Shown one piece after another: positions 34,633-49,090 of a DNA stretch of 64,000 nt; positions within the stretch are counted from its first letter, which is position 1; each line of letters starts with the position of its first letter. The notes beneath the pieces are model-generated. The model saw nothing but the letters and a program-made list of their open reading frames with translations, did no database searches and had not been told where the DNA came from. The DNA comes from the human T2T-CHM13v2.0 reference genome, Homo sapiens. Location of the stretch: NCBI RefSeq assembly GCF_009914755.1, contig NC_060938.1; one strand, given 5' to 3'. A program made the position numbers and the translations under genes.

Positions 34633-37304
34633 GGACTCAAGTTTACTTTTTTTTTTCTTTAAGGATATTTCATTGACCTAAAATTATTTATTAAAAAGAT
34701 CTTCAGTGAAGTATTTAGTTCGCCTTTCAGGGTGAATTTAAATTCACTTTTCAGGGTGGACATTTTCTGTGTTTTCAGAAAAAGCTATTACAATGAAACT
34801 TTTAGATATATGAAGATCTCAATATCTGCCAAAGTGCAGTTATAGTGACATTGTGGCTTTTGGAACCTGGGAGAATATTGCTTTTAAGAAAGTTGACATC
34901 TGTAATTAACTAGATTGTTCTGTGGAAGGAAATGAGTTAGACACAGATGAGAGGGAAAAATAGAGAAGGTGATTTGAGACCAGATCTTTTTACTGGTACT
35001 GGGTATGTACTTATTTGATTAGAGGGTTAAGGACAAGGATGAAAAGCTGACAGAATTATTCTCATGAGACTCCTTGAGAATCTGATTAAAGATTAGTTGC
35101 TTTGTGATCCAGGTGGCAGTGTGTTACACAGAGCTATACTGGAGCTTGTTTCCTGGTTCCTGCCTAGGCCTCAGCATTGCTCTGATTCTATTAGTACTGG
35201 CAGCCTTGGGAATATCTGAAGACAGTACACTTCCTAGGAATATGAGTGTTCTCACAGTGGGTACAGATAGGAGTAGCTATGGCTGATGAAAGTGGACAAG
35301 TGTGAGACACAATCAGAGAGAATTAGCCTGGCTGGTGGCAACTGATAGCTGCAGGCTGGTTTGTTGCCATGAAAGGTACCACTTTGGGAATATGTTGAGG
35401 TAAATGCTGTATCTGGCTATTATGTGAATGGGCCTATCAAATCAGCCTTCCTTTAGGTTATACTACCTTACAGTTGTAAGAATTCAGTAAATGCTATGAA
35501 AGTGCTTTATGAACTATAAAGGCCTATACAAATACAAAATCATGTTAAAACTCACTTTATGCAGTGGCTATACCATTGCCCTGGTACAGATTGGTATTTA
35601 ATGTTTTACAAGAATGCTAAATAATTTTCATAAAGCCTGGCTGGATTTGTTTTAGGTAAAGGGGCTATGCTTATTTTTATGCTTGTCCCATTAGGTAAAG
35701 TAAAAAAGCACACACTTTTCCATAAATACATACCAGGTGGGCATTCACATCCCCCCCCGGCATCTTTGTCCTTTAGGCCTTCTGTTGCTCCTGCTTTGAT
35801 GGCTCCCATGCTTGAGTGAGTCTCATTCTCTGCTTCTGCTCTCAGAGCTTCTCACTATTGCTGGATCCATTACAAATTCATGTTGGATAGTCACTGGTCC
35901 TTAGAAATCCTTTGATTCATCTGTTGTTGACTTTTATTTTTTTTCTAGAGGTGGCAATTCCAATTGGTTTGGAATCTGCTTCCACTCTTAACTCTAACTT
36001 TTGTAATTGATTTCCTTTGTATTTACTGAGAAGTGTGAATGTTTCAAATTTTATAATTTCATTCTTACTTTGTTTTCTTGTCAGTGCTAATGTCCCACTG
36101 GCCTTTTTATTGCCCCGTTGCTCAACCATGTTCTTTACTCAGTCCTAGTTCTTCTCAACTCTTTGCAGCATTCTACGTTGTTTATGCCTCTATAAGACCT
36201 GGATGTATTAAGTAAAAAGGAAATGCCCCATTTTCTCTTCTCCCTCTGTGCTTATATTTTTCTCTGTCCTTGGTTTCCATCATACTTCATATGTTCTGGT
36301 TTCTTTGCTAATCATTGTATATATTCATAGCTGAGTTTTCTTCTCCTGTCCAGACTAAAATGTTTGAAGGAATTGACTTTTAAAATACTTGTATTTTTAT
36401 TTAATAAATCTGTATTTTTGGCTAAAAATCTGCTGAAATTCTCTCATTTTTCTTTTCTCTATTAATCTTCTTTTTATTACTTCATTCTTTTATTTTTCTC
36501 TCTCTTCTCTATTTTTATAAAAATTCTTCTTTTTCTGGCAACTTTCCCAAGACCTGTATATAGGCTTAAGTTACCTTAATTAACACATAGACACAGAATA
36601 AACATGTGTAGTTAAATTTTTTACTTGCAAACAATGGTAACCAATTATGGTTAAATTAAACACAAAAGTTATTTATTGTGAGTCTTGGGGAAGCTCATGA
36701 AAACAGTGGGAATGATAGAAATCTAGGATCTGGTTAGAAGCTTGACATATTTATATTTTCAAAAAAGTAGTATAAAACATAAAACAAGTAACAGAAAATA
36801 ACTTTTCTTCAAGTTTCTAAATACATATTTATGTCCTGCTTAATCCTCCATACTCTCCTCCCTAATGTTCTACCAAGGGAAGTAAACTCCATCCACATGC
36901 AATTTCAGACTGGCTTATGATCAACTTCTCTTCAGTTCTGTTGTGATTCTATCTTGATATTCTGCAACCTATAGACTGAATTGTAAGGTTACAGACACCA
37001 TAATACTTTATAAAAAGTGGCAAGGGAAAGGAAAAAGTAAAGGGAAATTATACGTCTAAAATTATTTAAACACATGCTCACACATGTGCACATACACATA
37101 TGACCCATTGATGGAGGAAACACAATAAGCTTCAGCCTTTATTTCTGTAACTAGTCGTGAAGTTACATTGCTTTTGTGATTTCATCCTCTAGTACTCCTT
37201 TGATGTTCCCAGTGATTCCCTTAGGAAGGTTTATGGCCTCTGTATTAGTTTGTGGTGGGAAAAAGAAGCTCCAGGGGCTTCAGCTTGGTTCTATCATAAT
37301 AGCT

Positions 37305-37562
37305 GGTAGAAGCATAGCAATATAAGAGCATGAATTCTCTCAGGTGTGAATCTTGGACTTTGCCACTTATTAGCTTTGTGACTTTGGGCAAGTTACCCAG
37401 CCCATTTGTGCCTTAGATTCTTTATCTGTAAAATTTGTAAAACAAGGATAATAATAATACAGGTTTGCTGTGAGGAACAAATAAGTAAATGCAAATGCGT
37501 GTGAAGAATTTATAACAGTGTCTGACACAGCGATTTTCAAGTGTCTTTGCTATTAGTATTAA
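37305..37562 (+). mobile_element. Near full-length MIR
   Basis: gccacttattagctttgtgactttgggcaagttac...tatctgtaaaat...acagtgtctgacacag. Confidence 0.8.
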
Positions 37563-38062
37563 TATTAGCAGTAGTATTAGCAGTACGAGAAGTGTGCATC
37601 GCCTCAGGTCTGAGAATTGGATGACTCCCAAATATTATGAGTCTGAATGTACCTTAGTAAGCTACATATCTGTTTCCTAGGGATCTTATGTCACCAAATT
37701 CCCTGTGGTCAAAATATTCTGATTACCACACTGGCTATACTTCCAATTATAGTAAACAATCTCACTTGCATCTTCTGACTAAGGATCACTGCTGGGCTTT
37801 TGCCACCACAGAATCCTTCCTACCCTTTTGGAATCATTTTCTGTACTTTTATCCCAGGCCATTACTGTTTTCACTAAATGTCACTCATTTACTATGTTAT
37901 AAGTATTTCTTCAGAACACCAAATTATTCCTAAAATTTTCTTCTGGTTTTCTATAATATATTACTTTCAGGCTTCTGCTGTTCTTCTGAGTCTTCATGCT
38001 TCATAATGAGCTTTTTTTCCCCTTTGTTTTCCACTTTGTTTCTTTCATTTTAAAAAAGAAAT

Positions 38063-38200
38063 AGCTAGGCATGCTGGTTTACCACCTGTAATCCCAGCAC
38101 TTTGGGAGGCTGAGGTGGGAGAATCTCTTGAGGCCAAGAGTTTGAGACAAGCCTAGTCAACATAGTGAGAACCCCATCTCTACAAAAAATAAAAAGTAAA
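38063..38200 (+). mobile_element. FLAM / free left Alu monomer
   Basis: Single Alu arm plus A tail. TSD aaaaaagaaatag / aaaaaaggaatag. Confidence 0.85.
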
Positions 38201-38671
38201 AAAGGAATAGTTTCTCCAGACACAGTATTTGTCAAATGTTTTTGGCTTTTCTGACCACATGGATGGTGGTCAATCTCCTTCTGGATCTTCAGCGGGGGTG
38301 TACTTTATAACCAAGTTCCAGTGTCTAGAAAGTTTAATGTCTTGTGGTTCTGCTGGTGTATGATGCTGACAACTGCCTGAACTTAACATGAAAATGGCAG
38401 TTTTGAGTACCCAGTTTTTCAAAGGGTTTTTTGATATTAATTCCCTGCCTACTAAGTTTTTCATAGGCAACAGACCTCCTAAAATGTCAAATATCCCTTC
38501 CAGTCATTTCTTCACCCCCTTTTCAACCAGTTTTCTGGAAGCTCTATCTCCTCCTGGGTATATAAAGAGAAACATTTATTAGGATTGTGGGCACAATTCT
38601 GTATGACTTGAAAATCTGCAGCAATGGGATGGTTGGTAAATTTCCTGTCTTCTCAGATTCTGACATTAGGT

Positions 38672-39055
38672 TGACGTTAGGCTGTTCTTGCATTGATATA
38701 AAGGAATACCTGAGACAGGGTAGTTTATAAAGAAAGGAGGTTTAATTGTACAGGAAGCATGGCTTGGACATCTGCTCAGCTTCTAGCAAGGCCTCAGGGA
38801 ACTTTTACTCATGGTGGAAGAAGCAGGAGCAGGGATCTCACATGGCAAGGGGAGGAGCAAGAGAGATAGCTGGGGAGAGGTGCCACACTTTTAAACAACC
38901 TGATCTGCTGGGAGCTCACTCACTTTGGCAAGGTCAGTATCAACCCTTGAGGGATTCTTTCCCATGACTCAAACACCTACCAGGCCCCATCTCCCAGATT
39001 GGGAATTACATTTCAACATGAAATTTGGGTGGGGACAAATATTCAAACTATATCA
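38672..39055 (-). mobile_element. MSTA/MSTB MaLR solo LTR
   Basis: ttaggctgttcttgcattgatataaaggaatacctgagac...acatttcaacatgaaatttgggtggggacaaatattcaaactatatca. Confidence 0.9.
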
Positions 39056-39199
39056 ACTATCAGCTACTAATCCTAATTTGTATGGATAATGTGAATTTCC
39101 GTTTTTTTGGTCTTCATAGTGTTTTAGTGAAAATATGGAAAAGGCTGCATCAAGCACAAATGCCCCTTTATATCAGAAGCTTTCATGCATAGAAGCTCT

Positions 39200-39490
39200 T
39201 GGGCAGAATTTCCCAGAGTGTATTTTGAAAACATTATTTCAAAAAATTACATTAAAAATGTTTCCCAAGACAATCCTGGACCTTTGGACTATATTGAAAT
39301 AAAGAAAGTTAAATGTATTCCTTTAAACTAGGGCTTCTCAAAGCTTTTAATATGTGTATTAATAATGGTTAGCGATAGAGGGTGCTGTGCTGCCCAAACT
39401 TATTTGGAAACAAATCCCTCCAGCTGTGTTATTTTCCATAAATTATTTCTTGAGACTAGCATTCCATGGAACATATTTGGGAAAAAGGCG
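39200..39490. mobile_element. Old hAT-Charlie (MER103/MER5-like) remnant
   Basis: Ends cagaatttcccagagtgt... and ...ttccatggaacatatttgggaaa resemble Charlie-type TIRs. Confidence 0.45.
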
Positions 39491-40936
39491 GGTTATAGGC
39501 CATTTTTTATTTTCTGAAAGATGCTGAGATCTTACTGGAGGTATTCACTTTGTCGTTGATTATCATTGAGAGAAGAGAGAAATGGCAATGGAGGGCATAA
39601 ATTCTCAGCTAGAGCTTTTTCTTTTCTTTGGGACTAGTACTCCAAAGAGTTTGTCAAAAAGTGGCATAAATATCTAAACAGTTCATGTCCAGCAAAAAGT
39701 AATACATGTTTTCCATTTGCAAATAAATTTACTTCTCAGGTGGTTGACTGTGAAGGAAGTTCACACACATATAGTTCACTTCATATCACCTTGTTTGCTT
39801 CTATTCTGACCTCTATTCAATCTTCCCTGCTGATTTAACTCAACTGCTGGGATAGGATGAAATTTTGGCTTCTGAGGGAAAAGGAGTAAAATGTAGAAAG
39901 ATTAATATCACTGTGTTTTGTTTTCTGATCCCGTTTTTTTAGAGCCCAAGCAGCTTGTATTTGACCATGAGTAGAGTGGGTAGGTCTGGTTTTAGGAGAT
40001 CTAAATTGGATCTCAGCTTTACTGCCTTTGGAGACTGTAAATCCTGAGTATCAAGGACGGCTCATTGTTGTCTCGAATAGTGCTTCCCTACTCAAGCTAT
40101 ACTGTAGACTGTTAGCCACATTAGCCAAGGGTTGCAAACTTTAGGGATCATGCAGTTAATAATATTTAATGTGAAACAGGCTGTTTGTTCTATGACAAAG
40201 CATAACACTTGTATAGATACGTTGCCTTTTAAAACTTTGTGAGGGACAAAAAAATGCTGTCAATGCCCTCCCTCCATGTCCATCACTAGAGCCTGAAAGT
40301 CACCAGTTGATAATCCTTAATCTGAATACACAACAGCGAAATGCTGAGAACAGGGAGAGAGGAGGAACCGGGTAGCACTAGTATAGCTATAAAGTCTAAA
40401 GGGAAAGAGAAATGAGGTGGTTTAAGGTGGTAAACATTTACTTCACCAGCATTTGGGAACTTCTAGTGTAGAATGTCCAGGGCAACTGTGTACTAGCCAG
40501 CCCCATCCTAGCTGGAGCTTGTGGAATCTGAGTCTGTATTTTTAGGAATTTTGCCAAGAATGTAATAACTATGAAACTAACAAATATTTGCCACAGGGCA
40601 GACCCCATCACTGTGGTGTTAAAAAGCTTGCCAAATGCCAGTAAGTTATGCTTGAATTCTATATCTTAGATAAAATAACTATCCCTAATGTGTCAAAGAT
40701 TGTCAAATGTTTTTCATATTCTTTAACAAGATCACCAACAGCAAATATTCCATATGGAGTTTACCCAGCAGTTATAATTAATTTGTAAGCTTGTTGATGG
40801 AAAGGATTGTTAGTTAAGATTGTTGATTGAGAGCAAAAATTCAAAACAGTTTTAGTTCAACCAAGAGATTTGTTTGAAAAGTACTGGCTGGATCACAGTG
40901 TTAATGGAAAAGCTGTTAAAATCCAGTTTTAGTAGG

Positions 40937-41382
40937 TGTGGTGGGTTATACTGAGTGTCAACTTGATTGGATTGAGGGATACAAAGTATTAATCCTGGGT
41001 GTATCTGTGTGGGTGTTGCCCAAAGAGATTAATGTTTGAGTTGGGGCCGGGGAAGGCAGATCCACCCCAGATCTATATTGTGGGCACAATCTAATCATTT
41101 TCTAGTGAATTTAAAGCAGACAGAAAAATGTGAAAAAGAGAGATGGGCCTCACCTCCCAGCCTACATCTTTCTCCAGTGCTAGCTGCTTTCTGCCCTCAA
41201 ACATCGGATTCTAAGTTCTTCAGTTTTGGGACTCGGACTGGGTCTCCTTGCTCCTCAGCTTGCAGACAGCCTATTGCGGTCCTTGTGATCATGTAAGTTA
41301 ATACTTAATAAACTCCCCTTTAAATATATATACACATATATCATATTAGTTCTGTCCCTCTAAGAAAAACCTGACTAATATA
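40937..41382 (+). mobile_element. MLT2A2-like ERVL solo LTR
   Basis: tgtggtgggttatactgagtgtcaacttgattggattgagg...ttagttctgtccctct...ctgactaatata. Perfect 5-bp TSD gtagg. Confidence 0.92.
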
Positions 41383-42339
41383 GTAGGCTACCTTTGGATA
41401 TTTGATTGCTATTAGGGCTCTCTGTCTCCATATCTCTATCTTCTCTGCTTTTCTCCAAATTTTGATCCTATTGTCCCTTTCATGTAGGTGAGATGTTTCT
41501 TTTGAAAAATCCTCATTGAAGCTATGTTAAATTTTGGCATTGGTTCTGGAGGAATTCTGGAAAAATGCAGGTGGTCTTGGGATGACAGATGACTGGGTAC
41601 TGAGTGGAGAAGGATTTTAGCCTCTGTCATTCCAACAACATGGCTTATGTTTAGATGAGATTCATTGCTGTCTAACACTGACATAGGGTTAGATGGGTCA
41701 CTTGGCAGGGGGAAGGGGGAATTTGGTACCTAATCTTATGGTACCCATGAACATAATGATTAATTTCTACCTAAATGCTTCTAGAAATAGGGAATCCTTG
41801 TTTCAAAGAAGTACACTTTAATAGCTATATCATTACATTATTTCTGTATATTGAGATGTATTATTACCTCTTAATTTATAGAGATTCCATATGATCAAAC
41901 ATTCTTACATGATGCAGTTCTTCAATATTTGAATACTGTTTTCAAGTCCTTTGAAGTCATCTCCTCAGGGTTATTTATCTTCTGTTCTTCCAGTTACATC
42001 GCTGGTGAATGACACTTTAAAATTGCTGCAACTATTTAGTAGTACAGATCAAAACCTTGCTAATGTTTTGGCTTATTAGTCCCACTTCTAAGAGTTTATT
42101 CTAAGAAAATAATTATATATGTAAAGCTATGACTTAAGATACTTTGTGTGGAAAAAGGAGAGTAATTTATACTACTTGAAAGTTATAATGGCTTAAATGT
42201 CCAATGATAATAAGTTGGCCAGATTTTGATTTGTTCATATGATGGGGTATTATACTGCCATTAAAATACTGCATAAATTTACCAGTTGACAGAAATTATG
42301 TTCATTCTAAAATGTGGTTTCGGCTTTTTTTTTGGCTGT

Positions 42340-42730
42340 ATAATGAATCTCCCAGATATTAACACTGAGTTTTTGTCTCAAAAAATTAGTGTCTTAAAAC
42401 AGAAACGATTTCTTTCTCATGATACCGTGGGTCAGCAATCTGGGGGATTTGCCTGTCTCTTCTGAGAGCACTTATGTAGCTGTAGTTATCTGATGGTTTT
42501 AACTGATGTCAAAGAGCCCAAGATAGCTTCACTTATCTGAATGGTGGTTGGTGATGTTGAATGGAGTGTCTCAGTTATTTGAAGCTCCATAACTCACACC
42601 GTGTTACTTTTACCACATGGGTCAAAGCAGCTCACATATCCAGCCCAGATCTAAGTGATAAGGAAATAGCTTACCTTTTGATGTGATGAATAGAGCTACA
42701 AATGATTTGTGGCCGTGTTTAAGATCTGCT
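42340..42730 (-). mobile_element. Old MLT1 (H-J-like) LTR inside L1ME remnants
   Basis: caaaaaattagtgtcttaaaacag...tctcatgataccgtgggtcagcaatctggg...ccagcccagat. Confidence 0.55.
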
Positions 42731-43699
42731 AAAAATATCTAGTAAAAAAAAGGTTGTAAGAACTTCACTCATTTTTTATAATGTTGTTGTTATACACACA
42801 CACACAAATTTCTGGAATGGTAAATGAACAAATGTTAAAAGTGACTTTTTATGGGTGATAGGATTATAATTATTTTGTGGAATTATTTCTATCAGTGGTT
42901 TATTTACGATTATCTAAATTTTCAAAACTAATCAATTTTGTCATTAATGTAAGACAGACCTCTCAAAATCGAAATCTTTGTGTTTTTTGTGTACATCCCT
43001 ACTCTTCTGCTCTCTTACAGGTGCCCTGAAGGTCATTTTTCTCTTCCCTAGCTTAAAAAGCTTAAAAAAGTTTTGCAAAGGAGGAGATTCAGATATAATT
43101 TATCAATAAGAATGGCGAGAGGAGGTGGCATAGGGGCAACTTGGAGTGTAGAGAAAAAGTGGAGTGACTCCATATGGGGAAGGGGAAGGAGGGCTGTCTA
43201 TCCTACACCAGGAACACCTAAGCAGCCTTTAAGGTGCCCCTTTCATGAACCTGTTATCTGCCCACTGCCCTCCATCCAACATCCAATTACGTGGGACACC
43301 TACAAAAACTCAATGGATAGAATATGGTGGAAAGGAGAGAGGTTATACTGTTCCTGACCAAGGGATCAGGAAGTAAAAAGATTCTGCAATTTCCCTGTCA
43401 ATGGGCAAAAGAAGGGGAAAGAGGACACACTGCCATTGTTGTATTTAAATTTAAAACGAAAACAAAACCTTAAAATATTTGAAAAAAAATCCTGGACCGA
43501 GCATTGACTTTCTAGTAATCAGATGAGAAGAAATCATTAGAATAGCTTCATTTTCTTGTTCCAAGTACAATTTCTTTTGCTAGAAGCTTCTGTTGCTCCA
43601 TAAATCAACACTTGTTAGATACAATTATTCAACTAGGTGTATCAAACTGGCAAATTATATTACCGTCTAGTTTCTATTTCCCTATCTTTAATAGAACAC

Positions 43700-43950
43700 C
43701 ACAAAAGGGGTTTTGTTAAATACTTTTCAGAAATTAATATGCACTTTGTTTATAGTCTTCCTTTTCTTAGGCTACTAGACTGACTTATAGAGGATGAGGT
43801 TATTTGGCAGAGCTTATTCTTTGTTGCTACATGGTGGGTTCCAATGATCACCACCTCCTTTTCTAAGTGCTCACAAATTGCTTCCTCAAATCTCTTTAAT
43901 GAGGGTCTTGCTAGGGTTGTTGGAGATCTTGTTAAGCTCACTGGATAGCA
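43700..43950 (-). mobile_element. CR1/L3 reverse transcriptase relic
   Basis: Peptide SLT...ICEHLEKEVVIIGTHHVATKNKLCQ matches the CR1 RT motif (VSLTS...ICEHLEKEAVITRSQHGFTKNKSCQTNL). Further L3-like sequence lies at ~41760-42000. Confidence 0.7.
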
Positions 43951-44805
43951 CTGACAAAATTATAATTTAATCAGGAAAACCAAAATCACCTACATGAAAT
44001 AATTGTTAGTACTTAAGGGATTGTCTTAATGAGTAACTACCCGCTTCCTGAAATGTCTTCCCTCCAGCTTTGCCTCTTAAAATGGCCCCCCACACCCACA
44101 CCAGCTTTAGTTCTAATTCCTTTTCAAAGCCTTCTCTGGTGTCTGGTGTACGAGGCCACATTTAACTCTTATTTTTCCCAATTTTTATTGCACCTACTGT
44201 CTGCACTTTGCAACCTAGTATTCAATATATTTTTGTGTTGCCTCAGAAAGTAGGGATACATATCTTCTGCTGTATCTCGGCAACAAGTTTATTATGTAAT
44301 ACTAGACTCCCATCAATAACTTAGCAAACGCTGATTCACTTGGCAGTTAAGAATTATTATTTTTCTTTGTAGTCTGCTTTTTCTGAAATTGTGTATTACC
44401 TTCTGAACTCTAGAATATTCTTTTTTTTTTGACCATTGTGTACTATCTTCTTAGCCTTCCTTGCCCTGTGTCTGCCCTGAACTTAGAATTAGAATTTTGC
44501 CTTTGTCTTTGTAAATTTATTATTTTTAAAAATGTTGATAATTTTATGAGAGTGCACTAATATCTCAACAGAAGGTTGAGAAGATGATACCTTTTGAATT
44601 TTTAAATCTGATATCCAGAACTTGAAAATTAACTTAGTTTCTTATTTATTTATATCAGCATTCAGGAATTTAGTGCAAGGGATAGCAGTGTATCTTCTTT
44701 TAAGCACTCAAGAGCAACATTCTAAGAAGTAACATTATTTGAATTTAAGTAATAGACTATACTTGAAGTATCACTTAGTGTCTATGTGTGTTTCCTTCCT
44801 TTTTA

Positions 44806-47718
44806 TTTAAGACTTTGTTTTTTTTTAGAGCAGTGATAGATTCACAGCAAAATTAAGAGAGAAACGTTGAGATTTCCCATGTATTCCCTTCCCTGCACAT
44901 GCACAGTCTCCTCATCATCAACATCACCCAGAAGAATGGTACATTTATTACAATTAATGAAGCTACACAGACATATCATAATCACCCGAAGTTCATTGTT
45001 TACATTAGGGTTCATTTTTGGTGTTGTACATTCTGTGGGTTTGCAAAAAATGTATAATGACATGTATCCATAATTAATTATCACACAGAGTATTTTCATT
45101 GCCCTCAAGATGCTCTGTGCTCCACTTATTCATCCTTTCTTCCTCCAAACTCTTGGACACTACTGATTTTTTATTATCTCCATAGTTTTACCTTTTCTAC
45201 AATGTTATATAGTTAGAATCATACAGTATGTAGTCTCTTCAGATTGGATTCTTTCACTTAGTACTATGCAGTTAAGTTTCCTCTATATCTTTTCATGGCT
45301 TTATAGCTCATTTCCTTTTAGCTCTGTGTAATACTCCATTGTTTGAAGGTACCACAGTTTATCCATTCATCTACAGAAGGACATCTTGGTTGCTTCTAAG
45401 TTTTGGCAATTATGAATAAGACTGCTGTCTGTACCCATATGCAGGTTTTTGTGTGAACACGTTTTCAACTCCTTTGGGTAAATACCAAGGAAAACCATTA
45501 TTGAATAATACAGTAAGAATATGTTTAATTTTGTAAGAAAATGCCAAGCTTTCTTTAAAAGTGGATATACCATTTTACATTCCTAAAGCAATGAATGAGA
45601 GTTCCTGTTGCTTCACATCTTCACCAACTTTTGGTATTATCAGTGCTCTACATGTTGACCATTCTATTAGATACGTAGTGGTATCTCATTTTTGTTTGTA
45701 TTTGCATTTCCTTGATGACATGATTAGGAACGTCTTTTCATATATTTATTTGCCATCTGTATAGCTTCTTTGACGAGATGTCTATTAAGATCTTTGGCCC
45801 ATTTTAAATTGGGTTGTTGTTTTCATATTGTTGAGTTTCAACAGTTATTTATATATTTTGGATCATAATTTTTTTTATCAGATTTGTCTTTTGCAAATAT
45901 TTTCTCCCCTTCTGTGGCTTGTCTTTTCATTTTATTAACATTGTATTTCACAGAGAAGTTTTTATTTTAATAGAGTTCAGCTTACCAATGATTTGTTTTA
46001 TGGATTATGCCTTTGGTGTTGTATCCAATAAGTCAGTGCCATACCCCAGGTCATCTAGGTTGTCTGCTGTTATAGTCTAGGCTTTTTATAGTTTTGAATT
46101 TTACACTTAGGTCTGTGATTCACTTTGAGGTAATTTTTATCAAGGGTGGAAAGTCTGTGTCTAGATTCATTTTTTTTTTTTTGCATGTGGATGACCAGTT
46201 GTAACATCATTTGTTGAAATGTCTGTGTTTCTCCATTATATTGCCTTTATGCCTTTGTCAAATATCTATTGATTGTATTTATGTCTATTTCTGAGCTCTC
46301 TATTCTGTCTTCTTGATCTCTTTGTCTACTCATTTACCACTACCACACTGTCCTGATTACTGTGACTTTATAGTAAGTCTTAAAGTTGGGTAGTGGCAGT
46401 CCTCCAACTTTGTCCTTTTCCTTCAATATTGTGTTGGCTATTCTGAGTCTTGCTTTTACACAGAAACTGTACTATCAGTTTGCTGATATCCTCAAAATAA
46501 CTTGCTGAGATTTTTATTTGGGTTGCATTGAATCTATAGATCAACTTGGAAAGGACTTGTTAATATGTCTGTAATATCTATGTTTTGATAATAGTGAGTC
46601 TTCCTATGCATGAACATGGAATATTTCTTCATGTATTCAGTTCTTTGATTTTGTTCATCAGAGTATTATAGCTTTTCTTTTACATATTTTGCTAAATTTA
46701 TACATAAGTATTTCATTTTCTTGGGTGCTAATGTAAATGGTATTGTATTTTTAGTTTCAAACCCTCTTTTTTAAGTTTGCAAATGCAAATTAAAACCACA
46801 ATGAAATATCACCTCACACCTGTTAGAATGGCTATTGTCAAAAAGACAAAATATAACAGGTGCGGGCAAAGATATGGAGAAAAGGAAATCTTGTGGACTG
46901 TTAGTGAGAATGTAAATTAGTACAATCGTGTTGGAAAATAGTGTGGAGAGTCTTCAAAAAACTAAAAAAAATAAAATTACCATATGATCTTGCAATCCCA
47001 CTACTGTGTATCTATCCAAAGAAAAATAAAATTGCTATGTAGAAGAGATGTTTACATTCCCATGTTTATTGCAGCATTCTTCACATTTGCTTTTATATGT
47101 TAACCATTAACCCTGTATCCTGCAACCTTGCTATGATTGCTTATTTGTTCCAGGAGTTTTTTTTTTTTTTTTTTTTTTGATTTTCTACGTAGATTATCAT
47201 GCCATCTGTAAACAAAGACTGTTTTATTTCTGCCTCTCCCTTCTGTACACCTTTTATTTCCTTTTATTGCCTTACTGAATTAGCTAGTACTTCCAGTACA
47301 ATGTTGAAAAGGAGGTGAAAAGAGGAGACAATCCTGCCTTGTTCTTGATATTAGTGTGAAAACTTTGATTTTCTCACCATTAAGTATGATGTTGGCTGTA
47401 TTCTTGTTGTAGATATTCTTAAGAAAATTCCCCTCTATTCCTAGTTTGCTGAGAGGTTTCATCATGAATGGGCGTTGCATTTCTCAAACGTTTTCTCTGC
47501 ATCTATAAATATGATCATGTGATTTTTTTAGCCTGTTGACGTGGTAAATTATATAATTGAGTTTTAAATGTTGAGTGAGTCTTGCATACCTGGTATAAAT
47601 CTCAGTTGGTTGCAGTGTATAATGTCTTTATACAATGTTGGATTCAATTTGCTAATATTTTGCTGATTATTTTTGCATCTATATTTATAAGAGGTTTTGG
47701 TCTGTAGTTTTCTTTGTT
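44806..47718 (-). mobile_element. L1MC1/2-like element with a plus-strand L1 fragment at ~46779-47085
   Basis: L1MC 3' end (ttagagcagtgatagattcacagcaaaattaag...) followed by antisense ORF2 (KLGIEGNFL...ANIILNGEK). Confidence 0.85.
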
Positions 47719-48834
47719 TTAATTTTAATTTTAATTTTAGGTTTGGGAGTACATGTGAAGGTTTGCTACATAAATAAACGCATGTCACAGGGGCTTGTTG
47801 AACATTCTATTACATCACCCAGGTATTAAGTCCAGTACCCAGTCATTATCTTTTCTGCTCCTCTGCCTCCTCCCACCTTCCATCCTCAAGTAGACCCCAT
47901 TGTCTGTTGTTCCCTTCTTTGTGTTCATAAGATCTTATCATTTAGCTCCCACTTATAAATGAGAACATGCAGTGTTTGGTTTTCTGTTTCTGAGCTAGTT
48001 TTCTGAGAATAATGGCTTCTAACTCCATCCATGTCCCTGCAAAGGACATGATCTCATTTTTTTTTATGGCTGCATAGTATTCCATAGTGTATATGTACCA
48101 CATTTTCTTTATCCACTCTATCATTGATGGGCATTTAGGTTGATTCCATGACTTTGCTATTGTAAATAGTGCTGCAATGAACATACACGTGCATTATAAT
48201 AGAATAATTTCTAATTCCTTTGGGAATATACCCAGTAATGGGATTGCTGGATCAAGTGATATTTCTGCCTCTAGGTCTCTGAGGAATCGCCACACTGTCT
48301 TCCACAATGGCTGAACTAATTTACACTCCCACCAATGGTGTATAAGGGTTCCTTTTTCTCCACAACCTTGCCAGGATCTGTTGTTTTTTGTCTTTTTAAT
48401 AATAACCATTCTGATTGGCATGAGATGATATCTCATTGTGGTTTTGATTTGTAGTTCTCTAATGATCAGTGATGCTGAGCTTTTTTTCATGTGTTTGTTG
48501 ACCACATGTATGTCTCATTTTTAGAAGTGTTTGTTTATGTCCTTTGTCCATTTTTCAGTGGGGTTGTTTTTCTCTTGTAAATTTAAGTTCCTTATAGATG
48601 CTGGGTATTAGATCTTTGTCAGATGCATAGTTTGCAAATATTTTCTCACATTCTGTAGGTTGTCTGATTACTCTGTTGATAGTTTCTTTTGCTGTGCAGA
48701 GGCTCTTAGTTTAATTAGATCCCATTTGTCAATTTTTGCTTTTGTTGTGATTGCTTTTGGTGTCTTTGTCATGAAATCTTCACTTGTTCCTGTGTCCAGG
48801 ATGGTATTGCCTATGTTGTCTTCCAGGGTCTTTA

Positions 48835-49090
<256 letters not shown>

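Noticed and set aside
42990-43357. Acceptor at 43020 and a 94-aa ORF
   Set aside because: No convincing donor, a non-ATG start and no recognisable protein similarity.
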